In this document: piece after piece, positions 10,858-21,487 of the stretch
How the letters are laid out: each line of letters begins with the position of its first letter
Numbering within the stretch: the stretch's first letter is position 1
Virus record (IMG/VR): IMGVR_UViG_3300034157_000063
Source: a virus
Lineage: Duplodnaviria > Heunggongvirae > Uroviricota > Caudoviricetes
Strand: one strand, 5' to 3'
Length of the DNA stretch: 64,000 nucleotides
Made by a program: the position numbers and the translations under genes
The notes under the pieces: model-generated
The model's database searches: none
Told to the model about the DNA's origin: nothing
The model's input: only the letters and a program-made list of their open reading frames with translations

Positions 10858-11946
10858 ATGACAGTAATAGTAGATCAAACACTTAAAAATTCTAATAATC
10901 ATAATATAAATTTGAATTTAATAGAAACTTCAAGAAAAAAAATAATTTTTATTAATCAAGAAATGAGTAAAGAAACTTTTTTGGAAACCATTAAAATGGT
11001 TGAATCTAGATATACTAATTATTCAACTGAATTTGAACAGACAATTATTAATATTGACAGAAAATTTGATATATTTTTAAATAAAATATCGAATAGCCAA
11101 CTGTTTCAAATACTTATTCATGACGAAGATAAAGCATGTTTATCTATAAAATTTATTCCAAGCCGAAATATAAATAATTCTTTTTATATTCTAAATAAAA
11201 ATAATGATATTGTCGTAATTGTTGATTATGATTTTATTAATTTATTCGACAATCCAACACTTTCTTTAAATAACATTCATATTAATTTTTTAAGAATAAA
11301 TGAGTTACGTGATATTAGGAATTTACATTATGACCATAAAATAGAATTTTTTCACAATAAACTGGCCGACAACACAGATTTAAGAAAGAAATTAGAATTC
11401 CAATTAAACGCTATTAATAACATGAAGAAAAACTTGTGTATACACATGTTAGTTTTACCTGAAAAATTTCATTACAAGATGATATTAGAAAATAATTTAA
11501 AACTCAATTACAGGCTTTTAACAAGGTATACAGTAGGATCTGGCATGGGTTATCAATATGTGCCTCCAACTTCTTATATTAGTGATGATTTAGAACATTT
11601 TTATAAATATATGGATTTGTTTTGGCAAAGAAAATCTGTAACTGAACCTAATAAAATTATGACCAATACAAAAATAGTTCAACGTTATTTAAGAAAATAT
11701 AATATAGTAGATAGCCATCTTTTACTGCAGCCAGCAGAGATACTGAAACCTGACTTTGATACCGTTCGCTTGTATTTTTGCAATGATAGGTTTTACATTA
11801 AAATAACAGACACGTTGAATCTATCAACACTTTACTCAGAAAAAATTTATACTGATTCATCAGCGTTTAGCCATCTGTACACACTGTATGATTTTGTTAA
11901 GAAAAAAGATGAAATAATATTATTGTTCGAGATGATGGAAATTTAA
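10858..11946 (+). CDS. orphan protein with C-terminal MxxI tag
   Basis: 362 aa, AGGAGG RBS, ends ILLFEMMEI. Confidence 0.8.
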   Translation: MTVIVDQTLKNSNNHNINLNLIETSRKKIIFINQEMSKETFLETIKMVESRYTNYSTEFEQTIINIDRKFDIFLNKISNSQLFQILIHDEDKACLSIKFIPSRNINNSFYILNKNNDIVVIVDYDFINLFDNPTLSLNNIHINFLRINELRDIRNLHYDHKIEFFHNKLADNTDLRKKLEFQLNAINNMKKNLCIHMLVLPEKFHYKMILENNLKLNYRLLTRYTVGSGMGYQYVPPTSYISDDLEHFYKYMDLFWQRKSVTEPNKIMTNTKIVQRYLRKYNIVDSHLLLQPAEILKPDFDTVRLYFCNDRFYIKITDTLNLSTLYSEKIYTDSSAFSHLYTLYDFVKKKDEIILLFEMMEI

Positions 11947-11957
11947 TAATAGTTATT

Positions 11958-12449
11958 TTATTTTGGTGTTGGCGGTTGTTCATAGTTAACTCTTATTTCT
12001 AAACTACCAACATTAAAAAGCGAACCTTCAATATTAGAACCACCAGTATTATTAACAGTAATCGAACATAGTGTTGCTTGGCAACTCACATTGCTTAATG
12101 GTAAGTTAATAATATTTAAATTAGTATCCGTTAGAATAACACTGGCAATAGATAATTTTGTAGTGTTGTTTGAATATACTTTTAAATCAATTCCGTATGC
12201 ACCCCAGTTTGGTATACTGATTTGATGAAATAAAGGACTAATGGATGTTGATGTTAAATCTTCAAGATTAAGTATTACGTCAAATTGTCCAGTTTGATTG
12301 TCTGGTGGTGTAGTGGTATCAGTTTGACCAAAAGTAATTGAATTGTCTGGTAATGCACCACCACCAGATTGTTCCAATGGCATCATCAATGTGTAATCTG
12401 CATAAGTAACATTCATTAAAAAGATTAAAGTTAATATAAGTTTTTTCAT
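11958..12449 (-). CDS. exported protein of the ADY family (no stalk repeat)
   Basis: Signal peptide, then TYADYTLMMPLE...SITF as in 40541, 41602 and 53880. Confidence 0.7.
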   Translation of the reverse strand: MKKLILTLIFLMNVTYADYTLMMPLEQSGGGALPDNSITFGQTDTTTPPDNQTGQFDVILNLEDLTSTSISPLFHQISIPNWGAYGIDLKVYSNNTTKLSIASVILTDTNLNIINLPLSNVSCQATLCSITVNNTGGSNIEGSLFNVGSLEIRVNYEQPPTPK

Positions 12450-12640
12450 ATTGTTTTTTATATATGTATTAAGTACATATTATGACTTTTACAATAGAAG
12501 TCAATTAAAAAAATAGTTATTTTACAATAGATGTCATGAATGAAAAGGACAAAAATTGTTCATTTTTTCTAATACTTTGTAATGATTGATTATTTTCGCT
12601 AAGTATGATAATATACATCAATCATTTTAGAGGATTAAAT

Positions 12641-13261
12641 ATGTTCTTCGAAGCTTTGATTAAGAATCACACAAACCCTTCATATCGAATTAATTACAGC
12701 AGATCTTCAAACATTCGAACGGTCGTGTTTGAGAAAGATTATAAACGATATGAATATCATTTCTTAATGTCGTCAGTCGAAGAATATGTATTGATTATCA
12801 GTGATACATCATCACATCATGAGATGCCGCTTATTTTCAACACGTCTGTTTTAAATGATTTGAATAAAGAATTGCTTACTGTTTGTCATGATTTGAATTT
12901 CATGCATGTTTTTTGTTTTGGTTCAGAGTCAACATATCAATCAAATACGATTGACGACATTATTAAGATTTCCAGTCTTTCTGGTCGTGAAACTATTGAA
13001 TATGCTGGAATGGTTATAGGTGATGATGGGGTTTCTTTTCTAGCTACTTATAAATTAAGATTTAATATTAATTCTGGTTCGGTATCATACGATTCGAGTT
13101 ATCATTATTTTGAACACTCAAATAATAAAGATATTAACACTCATGACTGGGAGCTATTTAAATTTGATTTCATGCATATTCATGGATCTCAAAAAATTGA
13201 AAAGCAGGTAAGTGAACTCACGTTCTTGGATTCTGCTGTTGTTCAAATGGTCAACCTTTAA
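12641..13261 (+). CDS. orphan protein with C-terminal MxxL tag
   Basis: GAGGA RBS before ATG 12641; ends SAVVQMVNL. Confidence 0.8.
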   Translation: MFFEALIKNHTNPSYRINYSRSSNIRTVVFEKDYKRYEYHFLMSSVEEYVLIISDTSSHHEMPLIFNTSVLNDLNKELLTVCHDLNFMHVFCFGSESTYQSNTIDDIIKISSLSGRETIEYAGMVIGDDGVSFLATYKLRFNINSGSVSYDSSYHYFEHSNNKDINTHDWELFKFDFMHIHGSQKIEKQVSELTFLDSAVVQMVNL

Positions 13262-13276
13262 ACTGAGGATTTAAAT

Positions 13277-14125
13277 ATGAGTGATTTTAAGGAAATTAAT
13301 CTAAAAAAAATAGGTAATCCTACTATCTACAGACATAAAGATTCATTTATTAAAGCATTGGAAGACCGGCTTAATAATGAAAATTTAAGTGTAACTGTCA
13401 ATTGGAGAAAATTTGAAGACACCAGAGCCGATGTATTGATTGATAATACTGTCGTTGGAATGATAGTCTCTTATTACGAAAACCTAGAAATCCCAGATGA
13501 TGTTATTCTTTATTTCATCCCAAATATAGATTTCTTTAAATTTGTTAACATAGACAATATTGAACACTTCATTAAGTTGTCTAATCAATTTCTGGAATCG
13601 TATGTTGAAAACATTTCAGTAAATAAAAATGTAAATGAAGTAAAATTGAAAAAATTTGAAGATTTTGATTTAGATCTGAGTGCTTCTCAAAAATCAGAAC
13701 TCTCTGGTATGGTTTTTAATAGGAAGATTGAATGCACAGAAAAATCAAGATTTGTATTCAATTTGATTAAAGATGGTTCATCATTTAAGCTTGTTGATGA
13801 CTTCAAAATGAGTATTAAAAATCGAAGTGCAACTATGTTTGACATCATTGGAACTCAAGATTACGCTATTTTTGAATCCAATAGAATGTTCAGTGCATCA
13901 TTGTTAAAAAATGGTGATACTTACTATCTTAATCATGAATATTCTGATCCACTGCATTCCCTAAGTTTTAATAAAAATGACAGTATCCCAGATATGAAAA
14001 GATTCATTTCTGTTCTCTTCTATTATTCAATTATGAAGACAAATAAACTTGAAATGCCGAATGTTGATGATTTTATTAATAGGTTTGATGACTACAAACA
14101 AGTCATTGAAATGTCAATCATATAA
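13277..14125 (+). CDS. orphan protein with C-terminal MxxI tag
   Basis: 282 aa, ends YKQVIEMSII. Confidence 0.8.
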   Translation: MSDFKEINLKKIGNPTIYRHKDSFIKALEDRLNNENLSVTVNWRKFEDTRADVLIDNTVVGMIVSYYENLEIPDDVILYFIPNIDFFKFVNIDNIEHFIKLSNQFLESYVENISVNKNVNEVKLKKFEDFDLDLSASQKSELSGMVFNRKIECTEKSRFVFNLIKDGSSFKLVDDFKMSIKNRSATMFDIIGTQDYAIFESNRMFSASLLKNGDTYYLNHEYSDPLHSLSFNKNDSIPDMKRFISVLFYYSIMKTNKLEMPNVDDFINRFDDYKQVIEMSII

Positions 14126-14147
14126 TTAAAAAAGCTTTTATAGATAG

Positions 14148-14176
14148 TTGACTATTGCCATTAAGGCTTGTATAAT
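14148..14176 (+). promoter_or_regulatory. sigma70-type promoter of nadE
   Basis: TTGACT-N17-TATAAT. Confidence 0.8.
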
Positions 14177-14208
14177 AGTGACATTAAACATCAAGGAGTT
14201 CTACCATC

Positions 14209-15882
14209 ATGAAAATTGCAATCGCTCAACTCAACTATAAAATTGGTGATTTTGCTGGCAACTATGCCAAAATTGAACACGCTGTTCTTGAAAAGAAAGC
14301 AAAAGTTGAGATGGTAGCATTCACAGAACTCTGCCTCAGCGGTTATTTTCCCCGTGACCTTATCCTTAATGACAAGTTCATGGAAATGCAGGACGTTTAT
14401 TTCGATAAAGTGAAAAAACTTTCTAAATCTGCTAAAACTCCTATCATGATTGGTTATATCGAACGTAACTCTGCAGAAACAGGCAAACGTTTCTTTAACT
14501 CCCTTGCTGTGTTCAGTAAAGGCGAGCAAATTTTCAACTACCGCAAACAATTGCTGCCTACTTACAACATCTTTGATGAAAAACGTTACTTTGAAGAAGG
14601 TAGTGCAGATCAGCCTATGGTCTTTAACTTGAATGGTCATCGTGTGGGTGTTCTTATCTGTGAAGATGGTTGGGATGACTCTGCACCTAATAAGATGTAT
14701 AACGCTTCCCCAGTTAAGGCTCTTAAAGCACAGAACCCGGAATTCGTTGTGAGTATTAACGCTTCTCCAAGTAACATCAATAAAGCAGAAGACCGTCTTG
14801 AAGTCTTTTCAAAAGCCGTTTCAGAAATTTTGAAAGTGCCCTTTGTGTATGTGAACCAAGTCGGTGCTAATGACCAAATTGTTTTTGATGGGGCTAGTTT
14901 TATCATGAACAGTAAAGGTATTCTCAGTGGTCATCTTGAATTCTTTGCTGAACAAGTCTCCGTAGTTGAAATGGATAACCTTGAATATATTTCACAACAC
15001 AAGATCAGCAAGTTTCCAACAGCCAATGAACTCTTCTATAAGCAAACTGTGATGGGTCTTCGTGACTATATCGGCAAGTGTGGCTTTACCAGCGTCGTGG
15101 TTGGTTCATCTGGCGGTATTGATAGTGCTTTGACACTAGCTCTTGCTGTGGATGCTCTTGGGGCTGAAAACGTTAAAGCAATTACTATGCCGTCGCATTA
15201 CTCATCAAGTGGTAGTGTGGATGACTCAGTTATCCTGTGCAATAACTTGGGTGTGAAACTGTATACCCGCCCAATCGGTCGAGATTTTGATGTAACGGTT
15301 GAAGAGTTTAAAAAGAGTTTTGGTGAAGAACCTAAAAAAATCACCATCGAAAACATTCAATCACGTATTCGTGGTCGTATCTTGATGGAATACTCTAACA
15401 ACACAGGTGCTATCGTTCTTTCAACAGGTAACAAGTCAGAACTGTCAGTCGGTTTCTGCACATTGTATGGCGATACTAACGGTGGTTTGAACTTGATCGG
15501 TGACTTGTATAAAATGCAAGTGTATGCACTGTCTCGTTACTACAACGAATTGCATGGGGTGGAACTTATTCCAGAAACCATTATTGTGAAAGAGCCTTCT
15601 GCGGAGTTGTCTCCGGGTCAAGTGGATACCGACTCACTTCCACCATACCCTGTTCTTGATGCCATCTTGCGTCTTTATATTGAACATGATTATTTGGATG
15701 AGAAAGAACGTCTTGAAGAGCTTGCTCTGTTGAAAGATGTTAAGCAAGAAGTTATTGATAAGGTAGTTCGTTTGGTTCACAACTCAGAATTCAAACGTCA
15801 TCAAGCACCACCTATCATTCGTGTGCAATACAGATCGTTTGGTGTCGGTCGCCAAATCCCTATTGTCGCTGTTCAGTATTGA
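14209..15882 (+). CDS. nadE: glutamine-dependent NAD+ synthetase
   Basis: Nitrilase domain with E-K-C triad (FTELCLSGY, YRKQLLP, ICED) fused to synthetase domain (SGGIDS, ENIQSRIRG, TGNKSE, PSAEL). Confidence 0.96.
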   Translation: MKIAIAQLNYKIGDFAGNYAKIEHAVLEKKAKVEMVAFTELCLSGYFPRDLILNDKFMEMQDVYFDKVKKLSKSAKTPIMIGYIERNSAETGKRFFNSLAVFSKGEQIFNYRKQLLPTYNIFDEKRYFEEGSADQPMVFNLNGHRVGVLICEDGWDDSAPNKMYNASPVKALKAQNPEFVVSINASPSNINKAEDRLEVFSKAVSEILKVPFVYVNQVGANDQIVFDGASFIMNSKGILSGHLEFFAEQVSVVEMDNLEYISQHKISKFPTANELFYKQTVMGLRDYIGKCGFTSVVVGSSGGIDSALTLALAVDALGAENVKAITMPSHYSSSGSVDDSVILCNNLGVKLYTRPIGRDFDVTVEEFKKSFGEEPKKITIENIQSRIRGRILMEYSNNTGAIVLSTGNKSELSVGFCTLYGDTNGGLNLIGDLYKMQVYALSRYYNELHGVELIPETIIVKEPSAELSPGQVDTDSLPPYPVLDAILRLYIEHDYLDEKERLEELALLKDVKQEVIDKVVRLVHNSEFKRHQAPPIIRVQYRSFGVGRQIPIVAVQY

Positions 15883-15896
15883 TTTTAAAAGTAAAC

Positions 15897-15920
15897 AAAA
15901 GGGGCTTCGGCCTCTTTTTT
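15897..15920 (+). terminator. intrinsic terminator after nadE
   Basis: AAAAGGGGC-TTCG-GCCTCTTTTTT. Confidence 0.85.
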
Positions 15921-15975
15921 GTTGATATTTTAAAAATGTTCTGGTATGCTAACGCGATTGATTTGAGAGGTGGCT

Positions 15976-16332
15976 ATGATTCAAAAAGAAATGATGATTT
16001 TTTATGTCCCAGAAGAACACGATTCAGGCAGAATGGGTACTCCTTTTGCTTATTTTATTGGTTTTGATGGAAATGAATCTTATAATCATAAAATGCCTGA
16101 AACACCAAAAACATTTGAAGCAATGGTTGAATTTTTAAAAACTGGAACCCTAACTTTAACTCAGTCTGATAGCACTATGTTCTTTTTTGATGTCATTATG
16201 CAATGTGCGAAAGGGGACGATAAGAACATTAAGGCAATTACTGATTTTAAATTTGCGGATCTTGCTTACTTAGGTATGGGAAATTTCGGATATTCTCTAG
16301 GTCAGTTATTAGTCAATATTATTGAGGGTTGA
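15976..16332 (+). CDS. hypothetical protein, tandem paralogue of 16336..16734
   Basis: Shared QKEM.xFYV.E, IGFDG, FE.MV.FLKT, DFKFAD, SLGQ. Confidence 0.8.
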   Translation: MIQKEMMIFYVPEEHDSGRMGTPFAYFIGFDGNESYNHKMPETPKTFEAMVEFLKTGTLTLTQSDSTMFFFDVIMQCAKGDDKNIKAITDFKFADLAYLGMGNFGYSLGQLLVNIIEG

Positions 16333-16335
16333 CTT

Positions 16336-16734
16336 ATGTTTCAAAAAGAAATAAATAGATTTCAAAAAGAAATGATATTGTTTTATGTTGAAGAAGATAA
16401 CAGTAGATTTCCATCATCAGCTTTGTGTATTGGCTTTGATGGTATACACGGATATCAAGCAGCCGAAATACAGCTACCGCTCAACTTCGAAGATATGGTT
16501 TATTTTTTAAAAACTAATTTGCTTACTATGCAAGAATCAGAGCATTGTATGGGTTTTCAAGATATTCTTTTGAACGCAACCATACAAAATAATTTAAGAA
16601 ATCGACGGTCAGAAATTAAAACAATATCCGATTTCAAATTTGCTGATATTATTACTTTAGGTGGAAACCATATTGGACATTCGTTGGGACAGGTTAATGT
16701 CAATGTTAAAGTATGGGGGTATGATGATGAGTAG
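16336..16734 (+). CDS. hypothetical protein, tandem paralogue
   Basis: Same blocks as the previous gene. Confidence 0.8.
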   Translation: MFQKEINRFQKEMILFYVEEDNSRFPSSALCIGFDGIHGYQAAEIQLPLNFEDMVYFLKTNLLTMQESEHCMGFQDILLNATIQNNLRNRRSEIKTISDFKFADIITLGGNHIGHSLGQVNVNVKVWGYDDE

Positions 16735-17215
16735 ACGACTTAAATTTGAAGATTTCTATCAAGGTGAATGGGACTATCCAGAATATATGGGCGTTGGCTT
16801 ATCTTTTGAAGGTGTGCCAACAGATTACAAACGCTTTCTGGATATTTTAATGGGTGTGAGTTGTAATCCCATATCAGCCAGACGAATTCTTGATGTTTTA
16901 GAGAGAAATGAAATCAAATATGTTACCGTTATGGCTGCATTAGATTTTAACATGATTGGTCACTCACTGGCTGAATTGGGTGTTGTGATGAAGATAACGC
17001 CACCATTCGATTACAAAGATCCTGAGTCTATTAATAATAACAGTTTAGTTGATCAGGCAGTACTTAATATTATAAAAAATAACAAGAATGACATAGAACT
17101 GGATGATGATTTAAAAGTTGTCTTTGAACAACGTTTAGTAGACGCAACAAAGAGTTTTGAAGAAAAACCACACAACCTTGGGCCATACGATAGAAACTAT
17201 AAGAGGACGTATTAA
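16727..17215 (+). CDS. hypothetical protein
   Basis: Coupled to the upstream gene; IGHSLAELGV resembles IGHSLGQVNV of 16336; start uncertain. Confidence 0.7.
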   Translation: MSRRLKFEDFYQGEWDYPEYMGVGLSFEGVPTDYKRFLDILMGVSCNPISARRILDVLERNEIKYVTVMAALDFNMIGHSLAELGVVMKITPPFDYKDPESINNNSLVDQAVLNIIKNNKNDIELDDDLKVVFEQRLVDATKSFEEKPHNLGPYDRNYKRTY

Positions 17216-17472
17216 TGGAAAAGCCAATTGCAGCAAAAAAAGAATATTTTGACCTTATGTCATTATTTGACTATATTGAAGAGAAATATAATCTTGAAGT
17301 CACGTTTATGGATTTATGGCATTGGTTTGTGGATGCATATGAACCAGATAATGGAAGCTTTATTACCTTTGATACTAGACCAGAAGAAAGTGATGACAAT
17401 GATATTAAGCTCATCAAAGAAAAATTAGCCATCGAATATGGTGATGAAATCCCACTGTATGTATCTTGGTAA
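17215..17472 (+). CDS. small acidic hypothetical protein
   Basis: 85 aa, TAATG coupling, followed by a terminator. Confidence 0.7.
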   Translation: MEKPIAAKKEYFDLMSLFDYIEEKYNLEVTFMDLWHWFVDAYEPDNGSFITFDTRPEESDDNDIKLIKEKLAIEYGDEIPLYVSW

Positions 17473-17588
17473 AATAAAGGGGCGGCGGCCTCTTTTTTGT
17501 TCCTATATTATATGCATTCATGCATATAATTTGACAATAATTTCTATGGTGATAACTTATTAAGATATTAAAAATAGGAGTTATATTT

Positions 17589-18317
17589 ATGAAAGGATAT
17601 TTAAAGTTATTACCACTTTGTTTAGCCATTTTTTCTTGTGCTGTTTTGGCTGATACTGTTCAAGAAATCAAAGAAAAGAAACAATTGTCATATGATATGG
17701 ATAGATTAAGAAACACAGTAGCTATTTATAATAAAAATGCTTTTGTTAACCTAGAAATACATGAAGTCATTATCAACAATGTAGACAAATCTTTCGATAA
17801 TATAGATGAGATTGTCAAACAGACAAAAACTTCAGTAGAATTAGACAAATATCTTCAAACACTAGGGATTGTTCAATCATCAACCACTTTTAACTTTAAT
17901 GGCGTGCCTAATGATCAAGACACCTTGTTTCAGAATTCATATATCAAAAGTCATCTTGTTAAAACTAACACACAATCAAACAAAAAAAATGAAGCTGGCC
18001 TTACATACAATAATGTTGAAAGCTCTAATGCTTACTTTTTTAATGTAGGTTTAAAAAGATTAATGGGTGATTCTATTCAAATGACTTTCAATGGTATATC
18101 CGACACAGATCATGTGGTAACTTCTGGGACGCCTTTAATTGACAATGATATGGAGAAAACTAAAGTTCATAATATTTTCAAACAAACATCAGCAATTAAG
18201 TTAAATGAATACGCTATTATTTCTCATGATGTCAAATCATCAGGTGTTGACAATAAGACTCGTGAAAATAGATTTTTTATTGTTAAAATAACTGAATCAA
18301 ATATAGTGCAGCAATAA
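17589..18317 (+). CDS. exported protein, paralogue of 18342..18971; weak secretin-domain resemblance
   Basis: Signal peptide (AVLA|DT); shared FVNxEIxEVxINN and FxQxxxxxLNEY. Confidence 0.6.
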   Translation: MKGYLKLLPLCLAIFSCAVLADTVQEIKEKKQLSYDMDRLRNTVAIYNKNAFVNLEIHEVIINNVDKSFDNIDEIVKQTKTSVELDKYLQTLGIVQSSTTFNFNGVPNDQDTLFQNSYIKSHLVKTNTQSNKKNEAGLTYNNVESSNAYFFNVGLKRLMGDSIQMTFNGISDTDHVVTSGTPLIDNDMEKTKVHNIFKQTSAIKLNEYAIISHDVKSSGVDNKTRENRFFIVKITESNIVQQ

Positions 18318-18341
18318 AATAAAGAGTATTTAGGAGAGAAT

Positions 18342-18971
18342 ATGAACCGATATATAAAAGTATTACCAATGTGTTTAATAATGTTATCTGGATTGTCCGT
18401 TTCAGCCGAGTCGTATGTTCCAGAAATTAAACGTGGTATTCCCGGTATCACAAGTCCATTTGAAAATAATTTCGTTAACGTGGAAATACAAGAAGTGGTG
18501 ATTAATAACATTAAGACATCATTAGATGATATTGATAGCAATGTAAAATCGAAAAAGAATGCCTTAGAATTAAATGAATTTTTTAAAACAACAGGAAACT
18601 TGATTGAAAACAATATATTAAAATTTAATAATGTTGCTCTTGAACGAGATGTTAGTTTTAACAATTCTTACTCAAGAATAAGTCTTGACGAAACTAAGAA
18701 ATCAGGTGATTATAAAATAAACAGATCATCAAATTCTTACAAAATTGATCTATTAATATACCCTTCTGAAAACGATACTGTACAATTTAGCATTACAGGT
18801 AAAATTATGGTAGACAGTTCAGGCGAGCACTCAGCACCCTATAATAAATCTGGTACTGATAATACTTTCACACAATCAACCGGGGTCAATTTAAACGAAT
18901 ACACTGTGTTCTCAACAGTCAGTAGTTTGGATGAAATAAGATTGTTAATTATTAAAGTTTCTAAACCATAA
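18342..18971 (+). CDS. exported protein, tandem paralogue
   Basis: Signal peptide (VSA|ES); aligns with the previous gene. Confidence 0.6.
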   Translation: MNRYIKVLPMCLIMLSGLSVSAESYVPEIKRGIPGITSPFENNFVNVEIQEVVINNIKTSLDDIDSNVKSKKNALELNEFFKTTGNLIENNILKFNNVALERDVSFNNSYSRISLDETKKSGDYKINRSSNSYKIDLLIYPSENDTVQFSITGKIMVDSSGEHSAPYNKSGTDNTFTQSTGVNLNEYTVFSTVSSLDEIRLLIIKVSKP

Positions 18972-19151
18972 TCTAGTATTCAATAATTATCATAAGCCAT
19001 CAGTTAAGACTAGTGGCTTTTTTTGTTGGTGTTTTTATTTTTAATTGATGAAAACGTTCAAATTTTCCATTCATTTTTCATAAAATCCAACGAAAACAGG
19101 GTTTTTCTTGATTTATATAAAAATGGTGTTAAGATATAACAAAACAATGAT

Positions 19152-19439
19152 TTGAATATGTTAGATAATTATGCTAAAATTGCCGAAACGAGTGAAGCAT
19201 TCGTATTAAATCTTGATGATTATTCTGGATTAGATGACTTCGAGAATTCGAAGGGTTTGCTATGGGATTTCAAATATTATTTGAGTGGTAATGAGGTTAA
19301 TATTTCGGCTTTACTTGATTTAGACAAAATTTATTTTGATAAGTTGATTGTAAAAGACATTTTAAACGATGATTTTGTATTGGTCGTAAAGCAGATAGTC
19401 AAAAAATTGATGGAGAGCGAATCTTTATCCAAAATCTAA
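19152..19439 (+). CDS. hypothetical protein
   Basis: 95-aa ORF, no clear RBS. Confidence 0.45.
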   Translation: MNMLDNYAKIAETSEAFVLNLDDYSGLDDFENSKGLLWDFKYYLSGNEVNISALLDLDKIYFDKLIVKDILNDDFVLVVKQIVKKLMESESLSKI

Positions 19440-19528
19440 ACTATATTTTCTGTTTTGATACCGTTTGGAGTTAATGTCTTGATTTAGTCAGCTAGTGTGT
19501 ATATTATAGGTACAACAATAGGTGATAT

Positions 19529-20137
19529 ATGAATAAAAAAGATTATGAATATTTTATCGCAGAAAGCTACTCCGTTCTATTACCCGAAGACATAGAAAAA
19601 TATGGCATCGTGTCTTTTCTACAAACTCATTTTAACATCCATTACATTTATGACAGTTTTACTTTTATTGTGAATGATGATGGCACCAACAGCATTATTA
19701 AAAAATTCAACAAAAACTCATCTGACCGAAAAGAAAGTGAATATGACCTTCCTGCTCAGATAACGTACTCGTTTACAGGACAACCTGTCCTTATCTACTA
19801 TAAAAATGCAAATACATATGGTAAACCTACCAAGACTTTGAATAATTATGCAGTGAATGGAGCTTTATTAGACTCCAAATATTTTTGGTATGACCACAGT
19901 GATAGTATTTTACTTAACGATCAATTGAACGAATTCTTTAACCATTTCTTTATGGAAAAGATTTTTGACATTACATTAGATTATAAAGATACACCTTTGA
20001 TGAATCTTATTATTATGGAAGTCTTAAAAGGCAATAAAGAATTTGTTAAAACCTGTTTCAAAGATCTTCATATTCAAAGTATGGAAGATTTAACAGAAGC
20101 TAATTTAACATTATTTGAAATGTTGAAAATGACTTAA
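19529..20137 (+). CDS. orphan protein with variant C-terminal tag
   Basis: Ends LTLFEMLKMT (tag plus one residue). Confidence 0.75.
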   Translation: MNKKDYEYFIAESYSVLLPEDIEKYGIVSFLQTHFNIHYIYDSFTFIVNDDGTNSIIKKFNKNSSDRKESEYDLPAQITYSFTGQPVLIYYKNANTYGKPTKTLNNYAVNGALLDSKYFWYDHSDSILLNDQLNEFFNHFFMEKIFDITLDYKDTPLMNLIIMEVLKGNKEFVKTCFKDLHIQSMEDLTEANLTLFEMLKMT

Positions 20138-20194
20138 TACGAGAACAAAAATAAAAAAGAGCTATCAAAGCTCTTTTCTTTTTACTGTTTAAGA

Positions 20195-20581
20195 CTATCT
20201 TAATTGGCTAATGAATTCTTTTTGTTCAGTAGTCATCGAACTTTGATCAAGATTTTTGATAAATTCTCTTAATGTCCTCTCTCTTTCATAGTTCTCTTTA
20301 AGGAGTTGGCGTGTATGAAAGGATTGTGTATCATGGACACTTTTAGAAATGTCATCAATTTCTTCTCTGGTTAGTGTAGTGAGTGGTTGTTCTGGAAATA
20401 GCATAAACATTTGGGAATCCCAATCAAAACCAAAACTGGCTTGTTTAACATTAACAGTAGGTGTGGCTCCCATAGTCCCCTCATTGACCACCACAATATT
20501 GACTGTTCTTTGTTTGTCTCTTGGACTTAGTTCACTGGCACTTAATTCAGCTAGCAAATTTTCTACTGTAATTTTAGTCAT
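20195..20581 (-). CDS. hypothetical protein
   Basis: 128 aa, AGGAG RBS. Confidence 0.75.
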   Translation of the reverse strand: MTKITVENLLAELSASELSPRDKQRTVNIVVVNEGTMGATPTVNVKQASFGFDWDSQMFMLFPEQPLTTLTREEIDDISKSVHDTQSFHTRQLLKENYERERTLREFIKNLDQSSMTTEQKEFISQLR

Positions 20582-20780
20582 TATTCTTCTCCTAAATGGT
20601 TTGGTATTTTAACAGTTACGCCTTAAAAAATCTATATTAAATAGGATTGAAATAATAGCCATTCGTCTAATGATAGGTTATTCAATATATACAAATAAGA
20701 ATTGTTGTTATTGACTTATAATATTTTAATTGATATGGTATAATATAATAAATGGACTTGAAAAAGAATAGGATATCAAA

Positions 20781-20966
20781 ATGCCAAAAATAATACTCAA
20801 ACCTAACGAAAGAATTGAATTTGCTCTTCGTAGATTTAAAAAAGCTTGTGACAAAGCTAAGATAATTCAAGATTATAAGAAACATGAATTTTATATTCCT
20901 GAAACAGAACTAAAAGTTCTAAGGAAGAAAGAAGCAATTAAAAGAGCCAATAAAAGAGATAAGTAA
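20781..20966 (+). CDS. rpsU: 30S ribosomal protein bS21
   Basis: MPKIILKPNERIEFALRRFKKAC...HEFY...RKKEAIKR matches the bS21 pattern. Confidence 0.9.
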   Translation: MPKIILKPNERIEFALRRFKKACDKAKIIQDYKKHEFYIPETELKVLRKKEAIKRANKRDK

Positions 20967-21102
20967 ACAATAAGATTAAATAGTAAGCACCTCAATGGTG
21001 CTTTTCTTGTTTTTAGTGGTTGCTTTTTTGCTTCTTCTCTGTTAAGATACGAAAACAGATGAGGCAATCTTATCTGTTTTAGTTTAATTATAGGAGTTGA
21101 TT

Positions 21103-21420
21103 ATGATTAAAAGTATCCATTCTACAGATTTCGAAGTAACCGAAGCTCTACACTCTCACATCAATGGTCATCTAGCCAAGATTCAACATCAACATGATAA
21201 AATCACACGAGTCGATGTCTTCCTTAAAAAAGACAAATTTAAGTTCGTGGCTGAATTTAAAGTGTCGGTTCCAAATACCGAAGACGTTGTGGTTTCATGT
21301 TCAAGTGAAGACATGTATCACTCTATTACAGACGCTACAAACAAAGTTTTGATTAAGCTCAAAAAGCTCAAAGAGAAACAAAAAGGCAAGCTACACCAAA
21401 AGATTGCACTCGCAGAATAA
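21103..21420 (+). CDS. hpf: ribosome hibernation promoting factor (short HPF/RaiA family)
   Basis: EVTEALHSHI...KI...ITRVDVFL...DMYHSI...K.LIKLKK.KEK pattern of the S30AE/HPF domain. Confidence 0.85.
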   Translation: MIKSIHSTDFEVTEALHSHINGHLAKIQHQHDKITRVDVFLKKDKFKFVAEFKVSVPNTEDVVVSCSSEDMYHSITDATNKVLIKLKKLKEKQKGKLHQKIALAE

Positions 21421-21487
21421 TTAATCTGCAATTCAGTTCATGAAAACACCAATACCCTTTGGTGTTTTTCTTTAGGAGATTTAAAAA

